DNA of 64,000 nucleotides from an uncultured Candidatus Saccharibacteria bacterium. GTDB taxonomy: Bacteria > Patescibacteriota > Minisyncoccia > Phycocordibacterales > UBA9973. A program made the position numbers and the translations under genes. Position 1 is the stretch's first letter, and every line of letters starts with the position of its first letter. Positions 30,257-38,898 of this stretch are shown here, in pieces. The notes below the pieces were generated by a model. The model was not told where the DNA came from and did not search any database. It worked only from the letters and a program-made list of their open reading frames with translations. Location of the stretch: positions 71,058 to 135,057 of the forward strand of contig CAZDGL010000001.1 of the NCBI GenBank assembly GCA_964505155.1, written 5' to 3'.

Positions 30257-30723
30257 TGAATATCATTCAGGATAAGCAATTTATAAAATCAATCGAAAAA
30301 TATGTCTTCAGTAATGATAAAAAATCATTTGATTATATCATTCGGAACCGTTCAAAAATTCCTCAAACCTTTCGTAAAGGTGGAATTTTATATAGAGGAA
30401 TGACACTAGAAAATTTTAATAATCTAAGATTTGATTCACCAACTTCATGGTCAACCAATCCAAAGATGGCAGAAAAACTTATATCTTCAGGAAATATGTT
30501 TGGAATAAAGCAAAGTCAAGGTAATAAAATCATTTTCAAGAAACGTATTCCTGATTCTAAGGTGTTAGTAAACATTTCTAATTTGATAATGTTTCTTGAT
30601 AGTTCAATGTTGCTTGAGGATTTTGATCCAGCGACAAAAGAAATTGCATTTGAAGAAAGTGAAGTATTAGTTGATCGCGGAATTTTTTTAAGTGAAAAAG
30701 ATATATTCAAGGTAATGAAATGA
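30256..30723 (+). CDS. small AT-rich protein inside the hub operon, possible R-S-E type mono-ADP-ribosyltransferase (Alt/Mod-like)
   Basis: ATG overlaps gp27-like stop (TAATG); 155 aa; candidate motifs YRG...SWSTN...EESEV; codon usage far more AT-rich than flanking genes; ORF-track start 30208 is an extension. Confidence 0.25.
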   Translation: MNIIQDKQFIKSIEKYVFSNDKKSFDYIIRNRSKIPQTFRKGGILYRGMTLENFNNLRFDSPTSWSTNPKMAEKLISSGNMFGIKQSQGNKIIFKKRIPDSKVLVNISNLIMFLDSSMLLEDFDPATKEIAFEESEVLVDRGIFLSEKDIFKVMK

Positions 30724-32033
30724 ACCTACGATATTTCAGAGTTGAAGGTGGCCACGACGCGGATCCGGATCCAGAACAGTCTGGTCGTATGCGTTTGCGT
30801 GATATTGCGCGACACGACGACAACGTAAAGACCGAGGATCTACCGTTCTCTCAAGGTCTGGCACCGATTTCAGGTAACGGTGGATTTGAATTCAATCGAC
30901 CACCTCTTCCCGGTACGTTAGTCGTCGCTTGGGTCCCCGAGGGAGCCGAACAGACGGGTTATGCACATCCGTTAGGTATTCCTATCGGTAAGGACAAACC
31001 CGGCTCCAAGGCCATTCCCGGCAATTCTGTGCTGCCTAATCGAATGGAGTCAACGGAAATAGGAATCAACATTCCTGCAATAGCCAAGACCATCACACAG
31101 GCTAATCGTAGCGGCATTGAACAAATCACCAAGGAGATACAGGAAAAGGGTAAGAAGATATCCTTCAAACTCCTGCAGGGAATTCCTACGCATGGTGCCG
31201 ACTTCCTGATGTCCGGTATTCGTAATTCACCGCTGACTCAAATATCCACGGCTCTGGATTCATTTGACTCCGTGCTATCTGGGGATATGCTGTCCGCGCT
31301 TCCCGGTGTAGCATTTGGAGGATTGTCGGATATTGTCTCGTCCGTTCTGAATGAAGGGATTGAAGAGATAAATGATGCAATAGGATCCGAAGCGGTCGAG
31401 ACTCTACAAAACATTATGTTGCTTATGCCATCAGAAAGTGGATCCGGTACACCTCAGTCCGGTTTCATGATTTCTGGACTCCGCGTCAATCCTGAGGTGG
31501 TTGTTCAAAACATCCTCAATGATCTGAAGTCAGGTAATTCGGTTATGAATGTCCTCCAGTCTTTGGAATCCAAACTATCGGATCCAGCATTTACCGGAAT
31601 GGACCAGTTTGCAAACATTACCCAGACGATTGCTGGTGGATTTGGTAATATCACTCAGACCATCGATATGTTCGGAAATATCACTTCTGGTGTGGATGAC
31701 ATCGTCCAGTCCCTGATTGATATGGCTTTTGGAAAATTCACATCAATTCTAGGTGCTGGTGGAACATCAGTCCTAACCGAAGCCGGAACACCGATGAAGT
31801 CCCTGATTGAACGAATTCCAAATGCTACTCTTGTTGGACAGTTACAGAATATGTTGGCAACTTTCACGGACGACAATGCTGCAAAGGATAGAATGAGAAA
31901 TAGCGGTAACTCGTCAGGCAGAGGAGTTACCGCTTCGGATATCGTATCCGGGTTCACCGACCGACTAGGTTCGACGCTGAGCTTTAGTCCTAAATCGTCA
32001 TCAGGATCCAGTGGTGGTGGAGTTTATTCCTGA
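30720..32033 (+). CDS. baseplate central spike gp5 N-terminal OB-fold domain protein (no lysozyme domain)
   Basis: GRMRLRDIARHDDNVKTEDLPFSQGLAPISGNGGFEFNRPPLPGTLVVAWVPEG mirrors T4 gp5 N-terminus (GRVRVRCYGWHT..LPNEDLPWAHVMQP..G.G..P..G..V.G); C-terminal half Gly/Ser-rich repeats. Confidence 0.6.
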   Translation: MNLRYFRVEGGHDADPDPEQSGRMRLRDIARHDDNVKTEDLPFSQGLAPISGNGGFEFNRPPLPGTLVVAWVPEGAEQTGYAHPLGIPIGKDKPGSKAIPGNSVLPNRMESTEIGINIPAIAKTITQANRSGIEQITKEIQEKGKKISFKLLQGIPTHGADFLMSGIRNSPLTQISTALDSFDSVLSGDMLSALPGVAFGGLSDIVSSVLNEGIEEINDAIGSEAVETLQNIMLLMPSESGSGTPQSGFMISGLRVNPEVVVQNILNDLKSGNSVMNVLQSLESKLSDPAFTGMDQFANITQTIAGGFGNITQTIDMFGNITSGVDDIVQSLIDMAFGKFTSILGAGGTSVLTEAGTPMKSLIERIPNATLVGQLQNMLATFTDDNAAKDRMRNSGNSSGRGVTASDIVSGFTDRLGSTLSFSPKSSSGSSGGGVYS

Positions 32034-32251
32034 GATATCGTTAACTTTACTCGATTATACTCAAATTCCAATTCGACGAATTGTATTCCGATTTTTTCTA
32101 TTTTCAACACATGAAGAATAGAAATTCGTAATGGGGTAAAAGTAATTTGTCCCTTGATAGAAAAATATTCATCCATCTTGATTTCGACTGTACGATTACC
32201 AATATCCCAAACAGTGATCTGACTAGGAATATCCATGGTAGTTGATACCAT
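32024..32251 (-). CDS. hypothetical protein
   Basis: 75-aa antisense-island ORF. Confidence 0.2.
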   Translation of the reverse strand: MVSTTMDIPSQITVWDIGNRTVEIKMDEYFSIKGQITFTPLRISILHVLKIEKIGIQFVELEFEYNRVKLTISQE

Positions 32252-32271
32252 ACCGAAGCTTGAGTTTCAGT

Positions 32272-32748
32272 TTAGTTTCCATGATCTTTATCCCCAAGTT
32301 GGGATCTGTAGAATTTTCTCAAATTCTGAAAAATCCATCCCATCAACAAAGGTGTGTTGATGTTTCGACGTATGTATTCTGCATACATTTCACGAATGTT
32401 CTTGTTCAATATCGGATCATCCTCTGCATCCTGAAGATGTCGATGTGCGCACGTCCACTCCCAGTCCAAATTTTCTAAAGACCAGTCTTCATAGCGGTTT
32501 ACCATTTCGACTTTCTCCAGTTCGATATAGTAAACAAGATAGACATATGAATCAGGAAAAGGATTGTCCCACTCTGAATAGGGATCACCCTGATCAGTTA
32601 CCGATTCAATCTTGAAATCCTTGTCGGTAAGATAAGGATATTCCACTTTCAGTTCCTTGATCTCCTCGATCAACCTGTCGTAGGTCCAATTTGAAATCGA
32701 TGTTCTCTTCCTGATCAACACTGGATTTTCCCTTTTGATTGAAGCCAC
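32272..32748 (-). CDS. hypothetical protein
   Basis: 158-aa ORF opposite to spike operon. Confidence 0.35.
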   Translation of the reverse strand: MASIKRENPVLIRKRTSISNWTYDRLIEEIKELKVEYPYLTDKDFKIESVTDQGDPYSEWDNPFPDSYVYLVYYIELEKVEMVNRYEDWSLENLDWEWTCAHRHLQDAEDDPILNKNIREMYAEYIRRNINTPLLMGWIFQNLRKFYRSQLGDKDHGN

Positions 32749-32892
32749 GCGATAGTCAAGTCGATGACAGCTTAGTTACAATTCCGAAGCGAAAGTCCAG
32801 TTTGAAGGTTATTTACCATTCGAGACGTTGCTTCAGTAATCAGTTCCGGATAATCCAGATCTTTCAACTTTTTGTCCATAATCAACCTTCCA

Positions 32893-33117
32893 TCACAACT
32901 TCTTGAAGCGAGCGTTCAGGGTTTCAATCCAGCGAGTGCGGTTCTCTTGAATGTAAGAAAAAATCTGGTCATCAGGAATACCAGAAAACTCGTCGCGAGC
33001 CGCATAATCGGCCCAGAAATAACCCTTCCAGTTTCCGTCATTACCACGCTTGGCAGCAACTCGGAAAACGTAATTGCGGCTCCAGCTATGAACCACATTA
33101 ACAACCAGTTCGTTCAT
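32893..33117 (-). CDS. hypothetical protein
   Basis: 74-aa ORF. Confidence 0.3.
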   Translation of the reverse strand: MNELVVNVVHSWSRNYVFRVAAKRGNDGNWKGYFWADYAARDEFSGIPDDQIFSYIQENRTRWIETLNARFKKL

Positions 33118-33202
33118 ATCCGTATCTCCATTCGATGAACTGACAATATCTCAAAACCTAACTGGTGTCAAGCATAAATAATCAGAATAACTAGGATCTG
33201 AA

Positions 33203-33826
33203 ATGACGAAGTTTAACGAACCGGAAGACCAGCGTAAATCTGGTGGCAAATATCCAAATTACAATGTCCTGAAATCTGCATCAGGACACACCTTTGTTAT
33301 GGATGATACCGAAGGTGCCGAATCCGTTACTCTTCAGCATCGTTCGGGCTCCATGGTCCAAATGCGTGCCGATGGCACCGTCACAATTCGTTCTAATAAG
33401 CAGAAGATCGAAGTCGTGCTTGGGGATAACCAAGTCAAGATATCAGGATCGTATGACATCGTAGTCGATGGTGGAGCATCCATGAAAGTCAAAGGTGATA
33501 TGGATTGGTCGGTTGACGGAGATTTCAATCAGACGATTGCTGGAAATATCAAGCAGGTAGTTGGTGGGAACCGCGAATCAATCGTTAATGGAAACGATAC
33601 GGCTTTGATCAACGGCTCCCAAACCACGGACATTAATGGTGACCATCAAATGACAACGGACGGAACCTCGTTTCAGGCAGCGGATGGTGGCATGGCTCTA
33701 CATGCTACTGGAGGACCAGTATCCATTGCTGCAGCTAACGAGGTGTCCGTCGACGCTGGTTCGGCTCTGAATATGAAGGCTACTGGTGGAGCGAAGGTTT
33801 CCGCTTCACGAATTGACCTAAACTAG
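33203..33826 (+). CDS. central spike beta-helix protein (gp5 C-terminal / VgrG-like repeats)
   Basis: 207 aa of repeating V.G....V.G octads (VVDGGASMKVKGD, IAGNIKQVVGGNRESIVNGNDTALINGSQTTDINGDHQMTTDG). Confidence 0.5.
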   Translation: MTKFNEPEDQRKSGGKYPNYNVLKSASGHTFVMDDTEGAESVTLQHRSGSMVQMRADGTVTIRSNKQKIEVVLGDNQVKISGSYDIVVDGGASMKVKGDMDWSVDGDFNQTIAGNIKQVVGGNRESIVNGNDTALINGSQTTDINGDHQMTTDGTSFQAADGGMALHATGGPVSIAAANEVSVDAGSALNMKATGGAKVSASRIDLN

Positions 33827-33922
33827 TATATAGATCTGTCCAGTTGATTTCGGAACAGAACTTGTAGGTGAGTACGATAAACGTAGCACCCCAGAGGACG
33901 CTAAAAAATACTACATCAAATG

Positions 33923-34384
33923 TCATTCCTCAAATTCCTTCTTTAGTTGTTCATAAAGTGCACGCTTGGCTTCACGCTCTTCCTGTTTCTTTTTGAAGAT
34001 AGCGTCTTCAGTTATTTCTCGGATTCGCTTCTCGGTCTCGATCTCGTCGTTCAGGATCTTGTCGATGTAAGTAGTTTCGACAATAGCATTGAGTGGAATG
34101 TTCGAAATCATCGCTTCTTCATATCCCCGAGCACCATAGAAAGTCCAGTGAGAAACGATAGTTTTCTCACCGTAATAGTCCTCGATATTCCAGTCTTCCT
34201 CGTTTACCCACTGGTGATATTCATCACACTTGAGACCAAGTTCCTTTCGACGTAAATTATAAAACATACAAGCGTGGTCGATATCGGAATTGATTTCATC
34301 CCGCAGTTCAAGGTAACGATCAATATCAGAACGCAACATCATTTTTTGTATTCTCCTCATAAATAATGAACAACCATACAGCAT
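33923..34384 (-). CDS. hypothetical protein
   Basis: 153-aa ORF. Confidence 0.35.
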   Translation of the reverse strand: MLYGCSLFMRRIQKMMLRSDIDRYLELRDEINSDIDHACMFYNLRRKELGLKCDEYHQWVNEEDWNIEDYYGEKTIVSHWTFYGARGYEEAMISNIPLNAIVETTYIDKILNDEIETEKRIREITEDAIFKKKQEEREAKRALYEQLKKEFEE

Positions 34385-34400
34385 GAACTAAGGAAAGTCA

Positions 34401-34781
34401 ATGCCTGAAGCAGTACGTGGAGACGGAATCGACCTAACCACTGGTCCACATGGAATCATTCCAACCGATACCGGATCCTCGACTGTTTTTGTAAACGGAA
34501 TGCCGATGGTTCGCGTAACCGATAAAACCGTGCCTCACGACGACCTTCCTATTCTGTTGTCGGCATCAGGCACGGTTTTTGTAAATGGTCTAGGTGCTGG
34601 TCGTAAAGGTGATATCTATATCGGAGAAGTAGAACACCTTATTATCACAGGCTCAGCGGATGTCTGGATTGAGGAATTAGGTGGAGGACCAACTCCACCT
34701 GACGATTCCAATAACTTCCAGTTCGACTCTGGTGAAGACCTATCCTTCGATACCGGAGACGACTTCGCTTTTGATGGTTAA
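34401..34781 (+). CDS. PAAR-repeat spike-tip protein (gp5.4-like)
   Basis: 126 aa; VFVNGMPMVRVTDKTVPHD...SGTVFVNGLGAGRKGD PAAR-type repeats. Confidence 0.55.
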   Translation: MPEAVRGDGIDLTTGPHGIIPTDTGSSTVFVNGMPMVRVTDKTVPHDDLPILLSASGTVFVNGLGAGRKGDIYIGEVEHLIITGSADVWIEELGGGPTPPDDSNNFQFDSGEDLSFDTGDDFAFDG

Positions 34782-34963
34782 ACGGCAACCCAAGTGGTGT
34801 CACCGTAGGTCTCCAGATCTCGCTTCCAGTCTGGTGAATAGACATAGGTGAGAAGGGAATTGTAAGTCTTCCCTGATTCCTTGACCCGGATAGCGTTGTA
34901 AATTCCCTCGTCAGCAAGATAGTTGACGGAACCAGCGTGATGCTTGTCGGTACATTTAATCAT
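34778..34963 (-). CDS. hypothetical protein
   Basis: 61-aa ORF. Confidence 0.25.
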   Translation of the reverse strand: MIKCTDKHHAGSVNYLADEGIYNAIRVKESGKTYNSLLTYVYSPDWKRDLETYGDTTWVAV

Positions 34964-35154
34964 TCGATTATCTCCAATGTTACACGCACCCTCTTACCAA
35001 TGAACGGTGAGAGAATCAAGTGCTTTTTAGTTTCATCCCACGACTGAATCCGAAAGAATATCTCCTCTTCTTTCGGATCAATATCACCATACTTAGCCAT
35101 ACCACCGTCTTCGGTGGAGGGAGTGTAAATCCCTTCGGCTACGATTTTTGTCAT
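34960..35154 (-). CDS. hypothetical protein
   Basis: 64-aa ORF overlapping downstream start. Confidence 0.3.
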   Translation of the reverse strand: MTKIVAEGIYTPSTEDGGMAKYGDIDPKEEEIFFRIQSWDETKKHLILSPFIGKRVRVTLEIIE

Positions 35155-35316
35155 TTAACCAACCTCGTTGAATACCGGATATCGCTCAATACGAAAAACA
35201 TCTCTTCCGGTTGAGTTATTTTCATATATCGTTACATAACTCTCAGCAACTTTTCGAGATCCACAGACCTTATGATTTGAATATAGATCAGTTTTGAAAA
35301 CTTGTCAACAAAAAAA

Positions 35317-35350
35317 TGGCCCCAAATTTCTCTGGGACCATTCGCTTTAT
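35317..35350 (-). terminator. rho-independent terminator after gp32
   Basis: Minus strand: GGTCCCAGAGAAATTTGGGGCC hairpin followed by TTTTTTTT, 20 nt past gp32 stop. Confidence 0.5.
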
Positions 35351-35369
35351 TGAAAATTTCTAGGTGATG

Positions 35370-36272
35370 TTATTCAGCTAGCTGCTTGAACTCATTCAAG
35401 TATGCTGCATCATCATCCTCGTCCGTAGACGCTGGTGATGCCTCATCAAATGGTGCTTCATCCTCATCGTCCTCAACCTTGGTTGGTGATTTATAGGCTT
35501 CTGCTGCAGGCTTATCAGGGTTCTTTACCACCTGACCCAAAGCAATAGCAAGTCTCTTGGATAGATCCTCGTATGACTTGAAGTTCTTTGGATCCAGAAT
35601 TTCCAGAAGTCCGAATTCCTGTTCATAAAGCTTTTCAGCTTCATCGTCTGGAATAGGCTTTGGATCTAGGAAGTAGGATGCATCGTAATTCCGGAAACCA
35701 TCCTTCTTCTTGGAAATGAGCTTGAAGTCTGCTCCTTCTTCGAAATCAAATGGATTGAACGGAGTCTTGTCGTCATCCGCAGGGTGCATGGCTTCGTTGA
35801 TCTTCTCGAAGATCTTCTTACCATACTTGAACTTGAAGACCTTACCTTCATCTTCAGGCTTTGCCTTGTGCTCGATTACAAGGATGTTGGAAACGTAAAT
35901 GGTCTTACGCTTTCTATCGCGAGCAATCTTCTTCTTATCCTCGTCACCTGAATTCCAAAGTTCGGAACAGTGTTCGGTAACAGGATCGTCAGCACCAATC
36001 GACGTACGGCAATTCTCGATATACCACTTTCCAGTTGGTCCCTTGAAAGAGTGATTGTAGTAACGAACGAATGGAAGTCCGTCGTCGCTATCAATATCCT
36101 GTGGAGGAGTTGGTAGGAATCGAATCGTAGCCTTACCGTTGCTAGTCTTATCGACTTCTAGCTGCCAGTAATCGGCATCGTCTGATTGGTAGGGATTTGC
36201 CATCTTCTCGATGGCCTTGTTGATCTTGTCGGTAGAGTTGAGTTGTTTCTTTAATTTTGCAAAAGCAGACAT
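35370..36272 (-). CDS. single-stranded DNA-binding protein gp32
   Basis: GKATIRFLPTPPQD / KWYIENCRTS / EGKVFKFKYGKKIFEKINEAM align with T4 gp32 (GQAVIRFLPSKNDE / KWYIETCSST / [20 protein letters not shown]); acidic C-terminal tail. Confidence 0.85.
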   Translation of the reverse strand: MSAFAKLKKQLNSTDKINKAIEKMANPYQSDDADYWQLEVDKTSNGKATIRFLPTPPQDIDSDDGLPFVRYYNHSFKGPTGKWYIENCRTSIGADDPVTEHCSELWNSGDEDKKKIARDRKRKTIYVSNILVIEHKAKPEDEGKVFKFKYGKKIFEKINEAMHPADDDKTPFNPFDFEEGADFKLISKKKDGFRNYDASYFLDPKPIPDDEAEKLYEQEFGLLEILDPKNFKSYEDLSKRLAIALGQVVKNPDKPAAEAYKSPTKVEDDEDEAPFDEASPASTDEDDDAAYLNEFKQLAE

Positions 36273-36353
36273 TAATATCCTTTGATTTTCTGCTTCACTT
36301 CATTCATAATTTAGCTTCTTGTTTTCTTGTTGCACATGAGACATTATCTGAAG

Positions 36354-36938
36354 TTATTTATGTGACTTCATCGCGTCGATGAGAGTTTTTTTGATCTTTT
36401 TTTCGTCATAGTGGAAAAAAGGTCTATACTTATCAATGAGTAATCTGGTTCTAACCCAGATAGGATCCTCGGACATATGGGCATCGAACATCGGAAAAAC
36501 GTTCGTCAGATTATCAAATGCCGTCACCGTTTGAATGGAAATCTCACCAGCATAATAGGCTTCAATCAGTGGAGGAGTCTCGAATGGCTTACACTTGCAG
36601 CTATCCAGATATCCATATCGATTGAAGAGCTTGTTGATTTCCTGTGAAAAAATATAGGAAAACGATCCTACAATCTTCTGGTAGTCGAGATACGTATCCC
36701 GATTGAATTCTCCTATCCACATCTTTGGATCTACCAGTAGATTTGAGATATAGAAGAACCGCAATTCCTCTCTAGGATAGAGGGACGTTAGTCGATAGAA
36801 ATGCAGCTTGTCTCTGCGAGTATCAAATGCTGTGGAGGTAATCTTCCGTGGTCCATATTTGAAGAAATCATATTTACCTGTGAAGTGGAGTTTCAATCCA
36901 AGGTATAGAGCACAGGCTTCATGTGGAGTTGCTTTCAT
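36354..36938 (-). CDS. helicase loader gp59
   Basis: 194 aa adjacent to gp32 as in T4; HFTGKYDFFKYGPRK...RRDKLHFYRL parallels T4 gp59 HMNGKYDVIKYNW...RRDKYFFQKL. Confidence 0.6.
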   Translation of the reverse strand: MKATPHEACALYLGLKLHFTGKYDFFKYGPRKITSTAFDTRRDKLHFYRLTSLYPREELRFFYISNLLVDPKMWIGEFNRDTYLDYQKIVGSFSYIFSQEINKLFNRYGYLDSCKCKPFETPPLIEAYYAGEISIQTVTAFDNLTNVFPMFDAHMSEDPIWVRTRLLIDKYRPFFHYDEKKIKKTLIDAMKSHK

Positions 36939-36941
36939 TTA

Positions 36942-37181
36942 TCACCAAAGCGGATCGTATTCCCTTTCGTCTTTAACCAGACGCAAACCAATTGCCTCCA
37001 CTTCGATCTTCTTTTTCAGAGGCTTCGATATCATTTTTGCTGCTAATTCATATTCCATTCCATTTCGGTCACAGTAAAGCATCACCGCATCCATCAGGGA
37101 TATGCGTTTGACAATTGCTAGATTTTCGATTGTGAGGGAGAAATTATGAATTTCTTGAAGTTGTGTATTGCTAGTATTCAC
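36942..37181 (-). CDS. hypothetical protein (dsbA position)
   Basis: 79-aa ORF between gp59 and spanins. Confidence 0.3.
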   Translation of the reverse strand: MNTSNTQLQEIHNFSLTIENLAIVKRISLMDAVMLYCDRNGMEYELAAKMISKPLKKKIEVEAIGLRLVKDEREYDPLW

Positions 37182-37477
37182 TTGCGGTTTTCAATTTCCA
37201 ATTTTGCCTTAGCGATAAAGCTTTTCACTGCTCTATTATTCGTAACGCAGGTTCCAAGGTGACGCTCATATGCAGTCACTAATTTGTTTAGATCCTTGAC
37301 TTCCATGGTCTTAGGATCAGGATATTCTGCCTTACTCAAACCATTACATTCCAACAAAGAAGGAGGAATGTCAAGAACTTTGTACTCGGTTCGGGTAAGA
37401 TATTTTGGTTCGGATGTGGTAGCACACGCTGCAATCGTTAGGGACAACATGAGAACGAGTAGAAGCTTCTTGATCAT
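37178..37477 (-). CDS. outer-membrane spanin (o-spanin lipoprotein)
   Basis: Signal peptide with lipobox LTIAAC; 99 aa; start overlaps i-spanin stop. Confidence 0.6.
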   Translation of the reverse strand: MIKKLLLVLMLSLTIAACATTSEPKYLTRTEYKVLDIPPSLLECNGLSKAEYPDPKTMEVKDLNKLVTAYERHLGTCVTNNRAVKSFIAKAKLEIENRK

Positions 37478-37836
37478 TGTCCGCTCAATCTTTTGATTAA
37501 TTCTCTGGTAGATTCAGGGACTGTGTCCGTTGGATTATCCGGTAGATTGTCCGTGATTGTATCTAGGTGACGTTCTAGCTGACCGATTTCGGTGTCGCGT
37601 TCCAGAATGATCTGGTCACGGAGCTTGAGCAAATCTTCATTCAGTTTGATGAGCTTATTCTTGTCATCAATCGTTTGCTCTAGTTGCTGCTGCTGAACCT
37701 TCAGCACGGCATTTTCCTGCACGGTCGTGTACCAGCTATTAACTGCAAGAGAGCCAAGCGTTATAACAGCTAGAACCGTTATAGCGATGGCTCCCCATTT
37801 GATAGCATTGGCATACGGTGCTAGGAAGTCTGGCAT
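37474..37836 (-). CDS. inner-membrane spanin (i-spanin)
   Basis: N-terminal TM (AIKWGAIAITVLAVITLGSLAV) followed by coiled coil and Pro-rich C-terminus; paired with o-spanin. Confidence 0.55.
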   Translation of the reverse strand: MPDFLAPYANAIKWGAIAITVLAVITLGSLAVNSWYTTVQENAVLKVQQQQLEQTIDDKNKLIKLNEDLLKLRDQIILERDTEIGQLERHLDTITDNLPDNPTDTVPESTRELIKRLSGQ

Positions 37837-38202
37837 TTACCTCTTGGGCTTAGGCTTAGAATCTACGATCTTGTAAGGGACGACTACGGTCTTGGCAGAA
37901 CCCGACATCGATTTAGGAGCCGATTCCTTGATTTCATCATCAGATAGAAGTTCCGACAATCTTCTCATATATGAGGCTAATCTAAGTCTCTGTTCCGACA
38001 AATCTGATGAGACTAAACGAAGACTATTTAAAACGGTGTCTTTGCCATATCCAGCAAGAGCAGAAGGTTCGTCAAGGCTTTCTTCAAAACCACCATCAAA
38101 CTTCAATAGAAGATTTTTGAAAACATCTAGTTCAAACATAATTGAACCAACTTCACGTTCCAATTCATTAACTACTAACGGAACACTATAATTATAAGCC
38201 AT
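37837..38202 (-). CDS. hypothetical protein (gp33 position)
   Basis: 121-aa ORF upstream of spanins. Confidence 0.3.
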   Translation of the reverse strand: MAYNYSVPLVVNELEREVGSIMFELDVFKNLLLKFDGGFEESLDEPSALAGYGKDTVLNSLRLVSSDLSEQRLRLASYMRRLSELLSDDEIKESAPKSMSGSAKTVVVPYKIVDSKPKPKR

Positions 38203-38220
38203 TCACTCTCCAATGAAAAA

Positions 38221-38295
38221 ATGGTACCTCTAGAATGAATCGAACATTCATCTTTCGATTATCAGTCGAATGCACTAGCCGTTGTGCTATAGAGG
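38221..38295 (-). tRNA. tRNA-Ile (GAT)
   Basis: CCA encoded; acceptor GCCTCTA/TAGAGGT; anticodon arm TTCGA-CTGATAA-TCGAA; T-loop TTCGATT. Confidence 0.7.
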
Positions 38296-38306
38296 CATAT
38301 TAAACT

Positions 38307-38384
38307 GTGGTGCTTCTAGTCAGATTCGAACTGACAACATGTCGTTTTTGAGACGACCGACTCTACCAATTGGCCTATAGAAGC
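38307..38384 (-). tRNA. tRNA with anticodon CAA (Leu-type) on a class-I (short variable arm) body
   Basis: CCA encoded; acceptor GCTTCTA/TAGAAGC, A73; anticodon arm GGTCGT-CTCAAAA-ACGACC; 5-6 nt variable region; T-arm GTCAG-TTCGAAT-CTGAC. Confidence 0.5.
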
Positions 38385-38420
38385 ATATTCCTATTTATAT
38401 ATCACTCATCAATCATCATG

Positions 38421-38789
38421 TCAATAGATATTTAGATAAAATTCCGTGGCATGTGGCTTATTGACATTCTCAACAATTATCTTCAGGGTATCATCACTAT
38501 AGTGATCTAAAATAACGGATTCAGAACAAGAATTTCCGGTACTCCGGACGACTTCTCGGTTCATGCTATCATATACCCAAAGGTCGATATCTTGAGTATA
38601 TCCACATGCACCTTCTAATTCAATGACCGTTGTTGTGCCACCTACAAAATCGATCCAGACATACCAACTAGAATCTCGGTTGACAACATCAACATATTCA
38701 GTCTGTTCATATGGATATGGATCCGCATATGTGGGCATCGCAAACAGTGTAGCCAAAACAAATGTTGCTGCAATCATTAAGTTCTTCAT
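38421..38789 (-). CDS. secreted/periplasmic protein
   Basis: Signal peptide MKNLMIAATFVLATLFAMPTYA; 122 aa. Confidence 0.4.
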   Translation of the reverse strand: MKNLMIAATFVLATLFAMPTYADPYPYEQTEYVDVVNRDSSWYVWIDFVGGTTTVIELEGACGYTQDIDLWVYDSMNREVVRSTGNSCSESVILDHYSDDTLKIIVENVNKPHATEFYLNIY

Positions 38790-38821
38790 TCAGTTTCCTT
38801 TAGTCGGGGTTAAAAACATTT

Positions 38822-38898
38822 TGGTATCCGAGGATGGATTCGAACCATCGTAGAACAAGTTATGAGCTTGCGTCACTAGACCGCTGTGATACTCGGAT
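38822..38898 (-). tRNA. tRNA-Met/Ile2 (CAT)
   Basis: CCA encoded; acceptor ATCCGAG/CTCGGAT; anticodon loop CTCATAA; T-loop GGTTCGAATCC. Confidence 0.6.
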
